Source of the DNA: Fimbriosthenelais zetlandica
Lineage: Eukaryota
Reading direction: 5' to 3'
DNA length: 64,000 nucleotides
Assembly: GCA_977030845.1 (NCBI GenBank)
Contig: OZ365116.1
Span: 18,352,001 to 18,416,000, forward strand
How positions within the stretch are numbered: position 1 is the first letter of the stretch; every line of letters begins with the position of its first letter. The position numbers and the translations under genes are program-made. Shown here piece by piece: positions 1 through 12,704 of the stretch. The notes under the pieces are model-generated. The model ran no database searches, was not told the origin of the DNA, and saw only the letters and a list, made by a program, of their open reading frames with translations.

Positions 1-3000
1 CCCGGTGCTAAAGAATCAGAAGTGTCTGACCCAGCGATCAGCTCGGCAGAAAAGGAAGCAGAGGAACCTTTGACTGATGGAAATAGTGAAAATCCTGAGA
101 AAGAAACACCAGCTTTGACGGAGGAACAACCCAGTAAACCACAAACAGAAACTACAGATAAGACAGAAGTGACAAAGGATTCCCCTGAGAATACTGACAA
201 GCTTGAAGACTCCACTGAGACTGAAGAGATGGATACCCTCCGTCACCTACAGTCATTGACAGAAACTGAGAAGGAAGGCACTGCTGAGGTCGAGCCAGAA
301 GACACAGATATTGATGCAGAGCCTGCAAATAAAGACAATATAGAGGAAAATGATGGACAAGATAATGACAAGGAATCCACTAAATCAGTTGAAGCAGATC
401 AAGAAAATAAACCAAGTGAAGAGGTCCCAGAAAAACAGGATGATCATTCAGTTGATGTCAACGATGGCAAGACTGAATCTGTCAAAGATGGCAATACTGA
501 ATCTGTTGAGGAAAGTGAAAAAACTGATAATGGAGAAGTGGCAATTGATGGAGAAAAAGAGAAGACTGAGGAAGGTGATGGTAATAGGGCAAAGGATGAT
601 GGAGAAGAACAGATGGACACCACACCTGCTGAGAACCCATCATCAACTGATGACAAGCCAGAGGAAAGCATTGAAAAAGGCAAGGATTCTACAAAAGAAG
701 ATAGAATGAAAAATAATGAGACAGTGAATGAAGATGTAGAAAAAGATGAAAAGGATACAGAATCCATTGATAAACCTGCCAGCTCTGACGAAAAAGAAAC
801 TGAAGTTATGGAAAAGGGAACAGAAAAGGCCTCTGAAGAAGCTACGGAGGAAAGTGAAACGAGTAATGAAGTAGGAGATAAATCCAATGATAAAGAGCCC
901 ATAGTTATGGACGATGATGAGGCAAGCACTGATGTTACTGAGGAGAAGTCAGGTGATGAGGACAAGGCTAAGGAAAGAAAGGTAGTTTACTTGTATAATC
1001 TTTACCCATTAGTTAATACCTCTTTTGTTATGTGATGAAATGATGGAAAGAATGTCCCACGTTATTTTAGCAGGAAAATAATATATAATTTTTAATTTCC
1101 CCCCAGCGGACGGATAGCACTCACAGTGAGGGCGACCCTATCACCAGTGTGACCATAGAGGATACGCTTTCTAAAGATATGGATAAAGGTATGGATAGGC
1201 CTAATGTCTATTATATCTGTGAATTTTTACATTGATTGTTTAGCTAGAACCTACTAAGACAATCGGGAATTTATCAGTTAAAACTTACTGCTTTAAATCA
1301 TTTTTTTCAGAATCAAAAGGTCCCAATATGAAGGGCGGGAGTAAGCAACCCAAGGCTTGCATTGTTTGTAAAAAGGTAAATAAATTAATAATTTTTCCAA
1401 TGTGTATTTCACATAATTATATGTTAGGGACTATGGACATGTATTATCCAGAATAGAACATCTACTCGTATCTGCATTCTTAACTTTAAACATTCTTTAA
1501 ACAATTAGGATTTTCCATCATGACTAGAAAAATATGACATTTTGAAATTCTTGATTGCAATAATAGTTGTTACATAACTAGGACATCTAACCACACTTGA
1601 GTTTTAGTTCACTTAAACTTGGAGGCTGGACAGGTTGGTTCGTCCAGGTGTGCATGGCAGCAATATAAAGCGGGTTCACTACTTTGGTTACCCTCTACTA
1701 GATGTGCTTGCGCCAACAAGTCTACCTTTTGACCTGCTGTTAAGCATACACCTATGCTTTGCTCAAAACATTAGACTGATATGAACTGAAGACGTCGTAA
1801 CAATGCATGATGTCACCTTGCACCTGAACCCAAAGAACATCAAAATCCTTGATTTTTTTTCTCCCGAATGAAATTCAAAATTGATTATGAAGTACATGCA
1901 CGCTGGATAAACAAACCATAATCATCTGTGGCCACAAAACGTTTGAGGCCAGTCTATCTAAATTGTTGTCACTGGACAGCATAATGCAATGTGCTATTTG
2001 TCGAAGATGATAGCTTCGATTCAGGCTGATTTTTCCCTCTCTTTTTCTCTTTCCTAAATTGACAGGTTTGCAAGTGCAAATATAACATAGTCCGAAATGG
2101 TGACGTCAAGCATCTGTGCGATGACAAGTGCTTCAAATCCTTTCGGTCGAGCCCCACCAAGTACCTCCGTTCTGAAGCCTCGGAGAAAGAAAAGGCCGCA
2201 GCACTGGAAGCTAGTAGCAACCTAAAGAAACTTAGCAACCTAAGTAAACAACAGTGTTGCACAACCTGTTCATCAATTTTCAATTTGAGCAGTATTTCTA
2301 AGTTTGAGGTGAAAAGTGGTAATATCAAACCATTTTGTTCAAACAAATGTCTTCAAGATAATAAGGCAGGTAGGAAACTATGTGGCTTTTGCAAGATGGA
2401 TATACAGGATTCAGCCGAGGCCATAATGGCTTCCATATATGATGACAATTTTCTAAGAAACTTCTGTAACAAACAGTGTCATGAACAATTTGAGGAAAAG
2501 AACAAAGATGTCTCAATCAATGAAAATGATGACGTAGTTGAGATACCAGATGACAATGACGTTTCTGTTTCTCCGACCCCGACCCCGACCCCGACTGGGA
2601 AGAAAAAGCCTGCCACTCCCCCAACTGTCACACAGCCAGACCAGAAAAAGTCTGCTGGATGTTCAGTGTGTCACAAAGTGCTGGAAGTGAAGCATGAAGT
2701 CACCTTTGATGGGAAATGCTTCACACTTTGTGGAGATTCTTGTTTCAATACCTTTAGATATGCCAATAAACTGGCCATGAACGAGTGCAGCTTTTGTGGG
2801 GCACATTGCTTCAGTGAGGGTAACAATCCCCATGCTATTCAGTTTGAGGGGCAAACGAAAAAATTCTGCTCTATGACTTGTATTAATGCTTTCAAAGTTG
2901 ATAAGTCCAAAACCGTTGCTTGCACCTGGTGCCAGGCCAAAAAGACCAACTTTGATATGATTGAGCGGGTGGATGCCAATAATAAGTACCAGTTATTCTG

Positions 3001-6000
3001 TTCTCTGAACTGCTTATCTCTGTATCGAGTGAACCTCCAGGCTACATCTAATCAGAGTGTGCCATGCGATCAGTGTAAGAGAACAGCCCCTGCACAGTAC
3101 CATCTCACCATGAGTGATGCATCAGTTAGAAATTTTTGTCAGTATAACTGTGTGATGGCCTTCCAAGCCCAATTCACTGCTCCAAGTAAAAATGCTACTC
3201 CACAAACACGACGACAAGGCGGCAAACCTACACAAGCTGCCATGCCATCTGTGACACCAGCCACCCGTCAAAGTGCACGACTACCAGCCAAGTCAACTAA
3301 ACAAGGTAACTTCACTTTTTTATTACATATTTTTGTATCTTTGTAGGAAACAGAGATGGGAGATGATGAAGAAGCTTGTGTCTGTCCAAAAGAACGGACG
3401 GAGGCAGTATCTGTGAGCAAAGAAGAAGGGACAGGAGAAACACCAGAGCAAGATGTGACTGAAAGTATAATCCATAATCCAGAAACACAGAGTACTAAAG
3501 AAGAAGCCACTGATCAATCTGTGTCCACGGAATCTGAAGTGAAATTTGAAATGCCGAAAGAAAATATTTTGTCTGACCAGAAAACGTCTCCTGGATCTGG
3601 TGAACAGATTGAGTCGGCCATGAAAAATACGGAAGAAACAGAAGAGATAGAAAAGTCAGACAGTACTGTTAAAGACAGCTTACAAAGTCAAAGTTTAAGC
3701 CAGGATTCAGCTGAAGGAACGGCTGAGATAGTTTCTGAGGAGAAACCAATTGACTCTGAAGTCCAGGATGCAAATGTTGCAAACCAGAAAGACAAACCGT
3801 CCAATGTACAGACCTTAACAGAAGACAAACCTGCCCTATTACAACGTAGTCCAGTAGAAAATGACAATTCACCTTGTAGAATGGAGTCGGTCTCCACTAA
3901 TAATGAATCTAGCCAATTAGAACCCAATGTAGCTATAGATAAAATACAGTCAGATGATCAATCATCTGCCGCACAAATAGATAAATTAGAATCGGACCAG
4001 AATGTTAATACTGTAGGTACTAAAGACAAAATAGCTTCAGTTGAAGGAAGTCAAGAATTAACTAGTCAAGTATTTGAAGACACTAATTCCAGTATCTCCT
4101 CTGCTAGCAAATCAGAAGTGTCTGATGTTCTAATGGACACCCAGGACCAAAGCAGCATTAACACAGTGCAAAGTGTTGAAGCCCCTAGCCCTAAAACTAC
4201 AGATGAACAGAAAGAAAAAACGACAGCTTCTATATGTTCACTAAAGGAGCTATGTACTCAAGCATTGTTATCACAGAGACGTGTTCACCCCTCCGACTCG
4301 TTCGCTGATCAAGTTGGTATTGGTCACATCCAGAGCCGGAGGGGCAGGGGGAGACCTCCTGGCAAGCACAAACACAAGAAAAGAGGCCGTAAGAGAGAGG
4401 ATGGGTTCAGTGATGATCCCAAAGATCCAGATTTCAGTTTACATGAAGCCTTAGAACTGATGCCCAAAAAACGAGGCCGGGGCCGAAAGCCGAAAGAAGG
4501 CGGATTGGTACTGAGTCTTAAAAGGGTGATGTCCACAGAAAGTGACAGCCCGGACCCTGATGATGAGGCAGGTCTGAGGAAATCAACACGTAGACGAACA
4601 CCCACCTATAAAGGTTTGATTATCAAGTTAGGATGAAATATAACAAGCCCAAAAACATGGGTTATTGACCAGGTGTTATGTATTGATATTGAAAAAAGGA
4701 TTGGTATGGATTTCTCTCAATGCCAAATGCTACTTTTATTTTATGTCAATTGGATTTCATATTTTTTCTCCCGACTAAAATAGCTATGTCTGCAATTATA
4801 AATTGGTTTGATATCTGTATTACAAAGACAATTTGGAATATATTTGTTATATTTTCAGTCAGCAGCATGACACAGAAATCTACAGGCAGTTCGGCCAATG
4901 TTCCTGTGATATCAAATGTTATGTCTCTAGCCAGTAATGACAGTAAGTAAATCTTTTAAGTTTAACCCTACTAAAGAAACCCTTCCTATCTCCTGGATTT
5001 TGAGACCCAATTTATCTCTAAATTAAATCTCTTTTAAATTTCAGGTAGTAAGGGAGCAGTACAGAACAGTACAAACAGTACTCAGGTAGGCCTACTTTTT
5101 TCCCCTCTATGTTAAAAAGAATTATAATTATGAACTAAATTTTTCATTACTACTATTACTGCCGTCATTACCAGTACCATTGTTTTCCTTGTAGGTGGGT
5201 GGGGTGCAGACAAGCAGCGTTGGTAGTCAAATAATAATACAACCACCGGCACCCAAGATTATGAGGAACAAGTCGATGCTGTGTAAACCATTCACCCAAA
5301 CCAAAGCAACTGCTTGCCGTCCGCACACTCAGAACAAGGAATGTCAGACAGGTGAGTATTTTAAAATTGCCCACTTTGATTGATTCCCTGACCATTTAAA
5401 ACAGTTTTGAATAAGCTTTCATTTCAATTTGACTTAAAGAATCTCACTAAATTTCAGATGAATCGAACGTCAATAAACCCGTGTTGGTTCCTGTACCAAT
5501 ACCAGTATATATACCAGTACCAATGGCGATGTACAATGTACCACAACCATACCCACTACCTATACCATTGCCAGTTCCTATACCATTCTTTGTTCCGACG
5601 ACCAAGAAAAATGCTGACGGTATATTAAAACACATCAAGGTGAGTAACGAAGTTTTATCTCTAGATTTTTGTATTTTTTTTGTATTCTGATAGATCTTGA
5701 TCTAGCCTTTCCATCATTGAAAATTTGATATATAACCTAAGTAAATAATATAAATATTTCTAGGAAATACAAGAGCGAATGCCAGCTGATCCATTTGAAG
5801 CCGAGCTTCTAATGATGGCTGAGGCGGTCGCTAGTGCTGATAAGTCAGACTCGAGTGACGAATCCGACGACGACGGTGGTAACGCCCCGGAACCAACATT
5901 TGACCCGTCCCTGCCTATGGCACCCAGCACACCACCCGGTGTGAACACTGCTAATGACATGGGTGAGGATATGTTGTCCATGGCGCTACGGATGGCGGAG

Positions 6001-8064
6001 ATGCCACCAGGAGATGAAGGGCAGCTTGACTTGGAGGATAGTATCCAGTCAACGCCCATCAGCCAGCCACCAGTGCAGCCATCACACGGTAAACCCTTTA
6101 CTTTAATACGAATCTGATCTCTCTACCAGATCCATTCATTGACATTCCAATATTCAATCTCTCAAATAAACATTTTCATCCAATTTTCCTCTTCTATGGC
6201 TTAATGTAAAATATTATTTTGTAAAATAAAAAAAGAAAAATTTGTATGAGGATTAAGAGATAAATTTCGTTATATCTCTTATGTGAAGTATAATATTTAA
6301 TCCTAAATTTTGTTAATTTACAGAAGTGTCCGTCACCGAGCCTGAGTTTAGCACCATTGACCAGAACAGTGAGATTTTATCAGCGTCCAGGGGTCGGGGA
6401 GGCTGGCGGGGCAAGCGCTCACGGAGAGGTCGTGGCAGCTCTTCCTCTCAACGAGCCAAGAAACCCAAAGTAGAACCAGCTGAATCCGAGCAAATTATGT
6501 CCGCACCCACCCCTGTCCTGCCCCCTCCTCCAGCCGATGCTAACATGGTGCTCAAATATTCATTTGGAGTAAATGCATGGAAGCATTGGGTGGTTCAGAA
6601 AAATACCCAGTTGGATAAAGCCAGTACTGGGAGGGGCAGGTTAAAACTTTTCAAAACCGATATATTACAATGCACCTCAGACGAATTGAACTATTCCCTA
6701 TGCCTGTTTGTAAAAGAAGTGAGGAAGCCGAATGGAGAGGAGTATGCACCTGACAGTATATATTACCTTTGCTTAGGTAAGTTGAGTGTGGGGCAAACCA
6801 CTTAGTTAAACTTAATGGTACTTAACTTCTCCGCTCACTGATTTTAAATTGTGACACATTCTGATATTGTACAAAGGATTCACCGAATTTCTTATTTTCC
6901 AGGTATACAACAGTATCTGTTTGAAAATGGTCGTATAGACAACATTTTCACAGATTTTTACTATGAAAAATTCACAGAATGTTTGAATGATATACTGCAA
7001 CGATATGAAGTGCGATTGAACACACTAGGTGAGTAAATATCCTGAATAAAGTAACAAACATTTCTGTAATTTCCCATGCGTCAGTAGTATAGACAAATGT
7101 ACATATTGCAAGGGAATTCCCAGAACAAAATTTGACTTGTACATGTACCCCGTTATCTGTCGCTTCAGGCCTGATTGTATGCCGAATAGAAGAGGAGCAC
7201 TTGTGGGAGTCTAAACAGCTTGGAGCTCACTCTCCCCATGTCCTCCTCAACACATTGGTCTACTTCAACACTAAGAGTTTCATGTTAAAAACAGCGGAGG
7301 AGCACATCCGACTCTCCTTCTCACACATCATGAAACACTGGAAGAAGACCAACATACCGGGTACCCGCACGCCCGGCCGCAGTGTCTACCTACGCTACTA
7401 CGCACCTGTCAGTGCTAAAGGTTAGTTCAACTAATTATATCTCAACGATACCATGAAAGATGGAAAGAATTCTATGATAATTTATTAAGTAATTTTCCTA
7501 ACTATAACATCTATATCGAGAGAAATTTTCGATATCCAAAAATCAGGAATATGTACTGATTAAAAGGCTCTTATTTCCAGAAAACTCCTCTAAGCGGAAG
7601 CGAGAAGAAGTACCAGTTTATGAGCAGGCTGAGAGTGTTGAAAATCCTCTGAGATGCCCTGTAAAGTTATACGAGTTTTACCTATCAAAATGGTGAGTCG
7701 ATGCTCTGCCTATCTATTTCCCTATGAGCTTACTCCTGAATACATAGGTTTAATCGAAAGCACGGTTTCGGGGTTAGAGATTTAAGAGTCATCTAGTTCA
7801 TATATAAAATGACCATTGACATATTCTCTCCACTAAAGTCTGATTCTCATGATTTTATTTGTTATTTTCAGCCCGGAGAGTATCAGAAATCGTAATGATG
7901 TGTTCTACTTGGTCCCTGAGCGTTCGTGTGTACCCGACTCTCCAGTCTGGTACTCCACAGCGTCCCTGGGTATCGACGCCATGACCAAGATGCTGAACCG
8001 TGTACGTGTGGTACGTGAGATACAAATGTCTCACATCCACCACACCCCCATGTACTCTAGCTGA
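1..8064 (+). CDS. ZMYM4: Zinc finger MYM-type protein (ZMYM2/3/4, Drosophila woc family), 5'-partial and multi-exon. Zinc-finger isoform exons: <1-981, 1107-1188, 1311-1375, 2066-3305, 4859-4942, 5045-5085, 5195-5351, 5458-5639, 5764-6088, 6324-6776, 6903-7028, 7169-7420, 7581-7692, 7872-8064
   Basis: Every junction is GT-AG and phases are consistent (4293 nt, divisible by 3). The protein has an acidic N-terminus, seven CxxC...CxxxC MYM fingers, and the family motifs VPVISNVMSLA, RNKSMLCKPFTQTKAT, the PVPIPVYIPVPM tract and MPADPFEAELLMMAE. The C-terminus is DUF3504 (LKYSFGVNAWKHWV, KPNGEEYAPDSIYYLCLGIQQYL, EEEHLWESKQLGAHSP, NPLRCPVKLYEFYLSKCP, PDSPVWYS). It is a co-ortholog of ZMYM2/3/4, so the symbol is approximate. 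Confidence 0.95.
2066..3305 (+). CDS. ZMYM exon carrying the MYM/FCS zinc-finger array (alternative exon A)
   Basis: Acceptor ttgacag at 2065 and donor caag|gtaac at 3305. Length 1240 nt (phase 0 in, 1 out). It completes the finger begun in exon 1311-1375 (CIVCKK|VCKC...LCDDKCF) and encodes six more. Confidence 0.92.
3347..4613 (+). CDS. ZMYM alternative exon B: about 422 aa acidic, Ser/Thr-rich disordered region ending in AT-hook-like basic motifs
   Basis: Acceptor tttgtag at 3346 and donor aaag|gtttga at 4613. Length 1267 nt with an open frame (phase 0 in, 1 out). Composition matches the protein's acidic N-terminal exon. Contains RRGRGRPPGK and KKRGRGRKPK. Confidence 0.75.
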
Positions 8065-9349
8065 GACCGGGCCAGCCCTGCCGCCTGCTGCCCTGCCCCA
8101 CCTGCCGCGACCCCGCCTCATCCACCCATCTACCCCCTACACTGGGGACTCGTTAGGCACATGGGCCCCCTCGGTGGGACAGGAGAGATGGACAGGAGCT
8201 GCTTCCCTAACATGCCTCCAAGGCTAGCACCAGGATGGTTTATATAAGTCATCCATCAAGCTGCTTACTAGATACCTACATTATCACCATGCTATGAGCA
8301 GTCCTTTCAACAACAGTGGAGATCTTTTAAATGCCATAAATGCCGAAAGAGATATTCCATCTACTGGCAGCTATGATTAAATTTCATCAAGTTAAAGGTC
8401 GTCAAGCCATTTGGTTTGGTCTTTTACCCAGTAGTCTGTGGGTATATAATGTAGAATATAATGGGAATCTGTTGCATTTCTAATGCATAAAAATTAATTG
8501 GGAGATCTTGGGATAGTTATTTGCATGGGAATATCGTTGGACCAGAAATCTTTTGGTCATTAACTAAGGCATTAATGATTGTCGTTAGAGAGGCATATAT
8601 GTACATACATACATTATGTATGACCCCAAACCTTGTAGATGTGCTTTTGTAACCCTGCTTCATGTCTGAAATATTACACTAACATGGTAAAACCCCTCCC
8701 AACTTTCATCTGAGTCCCAGTATGTTAACTTCTGTGACAATCACTGGATTACACACACATGTAAAATTGACCCTGCATAATCCTGGCTAATAATCTGTCT
8801 GAGAAGAGTAGTATATTAACCCTAACATCAATTTGGCTAGTGTCTGAGAATTACAGTACTGTTATCTATTGACAGATTCCTGACGGACTTTGCTGTAATA
8901 CCTTACTCTATTATGTAAATTAATCGTTTTATACAAAGATCGAATCTGGTGGTTGTACCTAAAGAATATCTTTATGTTTTGAATGTTTTTCACTTCAGAA
9001 GATTCCATTAACTTCAGTGCACTTGGTTATGTCAAAACGATATGTGCTGCTTTTGTTGGTGCTATGGGCGACTATATAGGTTTGAGAGGCCCGCTGTTAA
9101 ATTGTTCATGTCCCAGGAAATATAGCAAGATCGTGCCAGAGAAATTGGACGCATTATCAATTGAAACACTCAATATTGGCAAGATTGCCATTGGTATTTC
9201 TAAGTGAGCCATTAAAATACAGATGAAAACCGAACCTGATGTCTGTTTGTATATAAAGGTTGGGCGAAAGATTTCTATTTTTCTAACGAAATTTAATAAT
9301 TATAGTGGGATTTGATGTTGGTTATTCGCATTATAAAACCTGCACTATA

Positions 9350-9355
9350 AATAAA
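9350..9355 (+). terminator. Candidate polyadenylation signal (AATAAA) for the ZMYM gene
   Basis: AATAAA at 9350-9355 overlaps ATTAAA and lies about 1.3 kb after the stop, just before the opposite-strand ACTR6 signal. Confidence 0.5.
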
Positions 9356-9417
9356 TTAAAGTTATCAAAACCTATTATATATTGACTTATTGACAAAGGA
9401 AATAGATTGAAACAACA

Positions 9418-9423
9418 TTTATT
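9418..9423 (-). terminator. Candidate polyadenylation signal for ACTR6
   Basis: TTTATT on the + strand (AATAAA on -), about 250 nt past the ACTR6 stop at 9673. Confidence 0.55.
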
Positions 9424-9672
9424 GTTCCCTGTGAAAAGACCATGTCAGGAATGATTCTTTGATGTTTGGCTTGTATATATGGGGCATGTATGAAGATGGG
9501 TATGAAATTGAATGACGGGGACAGTGACAAATTGGCAGTATCTAATATTCTGCGAGGAACTTTCAGAACTTAAACACAAATTTACACATAGAAAATGCAT
9601 TTTGAGATATGGCAGTAAGGAGACATAAAATTGAAGATAGACTGTTAGTAAAAATGAATTCTTAATGATAGA

Positions 9673-12600
9673 TTAAATATCAAAATGTTCATAACAAATG
9701 TTATGGCCGTGTTCTTCATACTGTTGCTTGGTAACCATTATTTTACTCATTCCGGGATCTTTACTGAGTAGCTGTCCTCCTTTCCATGGAAACGTCACTG
9801 GACTGGAAATGTGATACAACAACGCGTTAGTGCTTAATTTATGAGAAACAAGAACAAAACGTAACTTAAATAACTGCCGCTTCTGTGTCAGACATCTCTC
9901 ACAGTCACAAGTGACAAACATGCCAGTCATCAAACTGGCACGGCCCCTGTATGGAAGGAAGATGTAACAGATTAAAAGAAATGGCTTACTTTTCTCCGAC
10001 GTTTATCTTTATATCATATTCGTCTGGTGCCAAAACTCGTAGGTCCTGATAGCTGTAAATAAACAGGCACGTTATTATTATTAAGAATACAGCTGATGGA
10101 TCAATCAATAGGTCAATTAAATAGTAGTAGCCAACGATTTTTTTTTTATTAACGATTGCCTTAAAACTTCATCAGTGCGGTACACAAATAATACTTACAA
10201 TCTATCTTTGAATCCTGTATACAAGGCATTCCCTCCAGTGATCCAAATGTTCCTGTACATATGGGGTTTCATATCTGTGAATGTTGAAAAATCATTTCAT
10301 CAGTTGAGGTCACCAAGTAGATTAAAACTGGACATTCCTGCTCCCATTATTGACTAATACCAACCTTCAGGTAGTTTATCGATGACGTACACCACAGCCT
10401 CTGGGATACCCATCTCTTGTATTCCAATGTCCGAAGGGTGGAACAAAATCTCTGGTACACCAAACCGCTCATTAGCCAAACGGATAATCTGTAACAGAAA
10501 GCTTTTTGTAGTGAGATTGCTACTAATCGAATTGATGTTTAGGAAGATAATAAAAAAACTAAAAGTTAGTTCATTGGTCTTTGATACATTACCTGTTCGC
10601 CACCTTTTGCTTGTTTGCCAGTCTCTTCCACCGGACGAACATAGCCCCGCTTGATGTGTGTGTAATCAGGCAGAACATAATCCCGCACAATCTCATTCTC
10701 TCTACCTCGTACCCTGAAAGGAAAGGTTGGGACGAATAATTGAAAGGGTATACATTGTTTCTTTTAAAGGAGATCATCTTCCATCTCAATGAATCCAGAA
10801 GTACCATGATACATTGGTAGGCTTACATGTAATATTGTATGTGAAAATATTTATAACTAGTTAAACTTAACAAATTGTACACTAATTTCCATGCATCTTA
10901 CTTTGCTTTCTTCATATCTTCATGAAAATCTTGTGATACGAAACAAAGGTCCTCCTTTACTTGATTGACTACATACGTCTCGTCCATCACCATAAGTTGT
11001 CTGAAAAAGTTATCATATAAATAATTATACTGATTATATATTCTTCTCAGATTCTTGTTACAATTTAGATTCACAGCAGATAGGTCAGAACTAGATTATA
11101 CCACTGACAGGTCCTACCACCTCTCAACAAAGGTAAATAGAATATGTAAGAAACTTACCGATAAGAAATAATTTCTTTCAAATGGTTTGTCAAGATCTTT
11201 CCTCCGATATTTATCCTATAAAACAAAGAAATTTCTATTCAGCAAAAATGATTCGTTCTATGGTATGGAGCCATTATTCTTTATTCTAAATTTTTGTTAA
11301 ATTCAAACAGTAAAACAACTATGACGGATCGTTATTATTTTGTAATAAAGTAGATGGCTATTTCTTTCATTGAGTGTGTCCCTACCTGCAGATGGCCTTG
11401 CTGATTTTCTTTCCAAGATAATATGGTATGATATGTGTGAAAGAGAAGCCGGTCTCGACCACCAGGCAGCATTTATGGGCAGTCAGACTGTGTTTCTTAC
11501 CCGCATACTGCGTGAGGTAACCAGCTGAAAAATCAAATTTAATATAAAACTTCATTCCATCTAAACAAGTCTCATGTCATGGTCTTAAGTTATAGTATTG
11601 TGAGCTTGGGACGCTTACCATTACAACGTAATGCGGATTTGAATCCATAGTCTTCGAAAATGATCTCGTTCATCGACTCCTGGATTGATTGGAAGTTGAA
11701 GTAGGGCTCTGTCACTATTATGTTGGTATCTGCGAAATTAACCTGAGAACAAAAGCAGCCATGTTCTGAATTAAACAAATGTACATTTTAATAATAATGA
11801 AGTATTTTAAAAGATTCAATTGACTTTTCTTTAAGTTATCTTGGCTCGTAAACAAACATACCTTTAGCATATCTTTTCCGAAAGTTCGATCCCATACTTG
11901 TTTCTCCAACTCCCAGTTCACCAGATATCCCTATGTATATGATTATAACACTAACATTTCAATGGTTAAGATATCACATGAAGGCATTAATGCAGGCAGT
12001 TTAAATACTAGAATTGGTTGTTTTTATACGGAAACATAAACCAAAATACTTCGTTTTTACCTTTTGAAATGGTAAGAGATAATATAATCCAGAGAGGTCT
12101 TTGCAATCATCAACTTGGTCAGCCACGAAAATCCTCGTCCGAACGTTCTTGGCTTTCATGACACAGTTCGGAACCACCCTGGAACGAAAACACATGGCTA
12201 CGTGTCACCTCCATTTTTGAATTAAATTGAATAGTAAGACTAAGTTACCATTGGCATTGCATTGCATAGGCGTAAAAGAGGTTTTAGGCTACTAGTACTA
12301 CTTGGGCCTAGGAATAGGCCTAATCTTCCACATTCAAGTATAATTAAAGGGTAGGTCTGTCTGCCCTGAACATATAAGCCGTATGATATCCTAGCTACTA
12401 CTCGGGAAAACAAAGCAATACGCTGAACACGGCCAGAACACCGCCGGGCTCGGTCGACCACACTGCCGGCCCCGGCACCGGCCCGGCCGGGAAGCAGGAT
12501 ACACCCAACAGTCCCCCGAGTCGGCTGGTTTAGGTCATCAGGGTTAATTAAATTAGATAGCCACAATAATAAATCAAGTTAGCCATACTTCCACATTACA

Positions 12601-12704
12601 TACTCTATCAATATATGATTTATCAATGCTCACCGTGGTGTATCTTCGTTGCAATAGCCAACTTTTGCGGTGTAAGCTCCATTGTCTAGCACCAACGTCG
12701 CCAT
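9673..12704 (-). CDS. ACTR6: Actin-related protein 6 (SWR1/SRCAP subunit), 12 exons: 12704-12634, 12178-12061, 11930-11862, 11742-11619, 11524-11386, 11215-11159, 11000-10902, 10713-10593, 10488-10365, 10274-10199, 10052-9990, 9802-9673
   Basis: Exons sum to 1191 nt (396 aa plus stop) with all GT-AG junctions in phase. ARP6 motifs: MATLVLDNGAYTAKVG, LPFQKGYLVNW, TEPYFNFQSIQESMNEIIFE, INIGGKILTNHLKEIISYRQL, VMDETYVVNQVKED, DYVLPD, RLANERFGVPEILFHPSDIGIQEMGIPEA, and the C-terminus YEEHGHNICYEHFDI. Confidence 0.97.

Noticed and set aside
350-965. ORFs 350..709 (+) and 444..965 (-)
   Set aside because: Alternative-frame and antisense shadows of the low-complexity acidic ZMYM exon.
12395-12545. 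Box C/D snoRNA in ACTR6 intron 1 (TGATGA at 12540-12535 on -)
   Set aside because: The C box lacks the leading purine and no sense-strand D box (CTGA) lies at a suitable distance. Kept only as a generic structured element.
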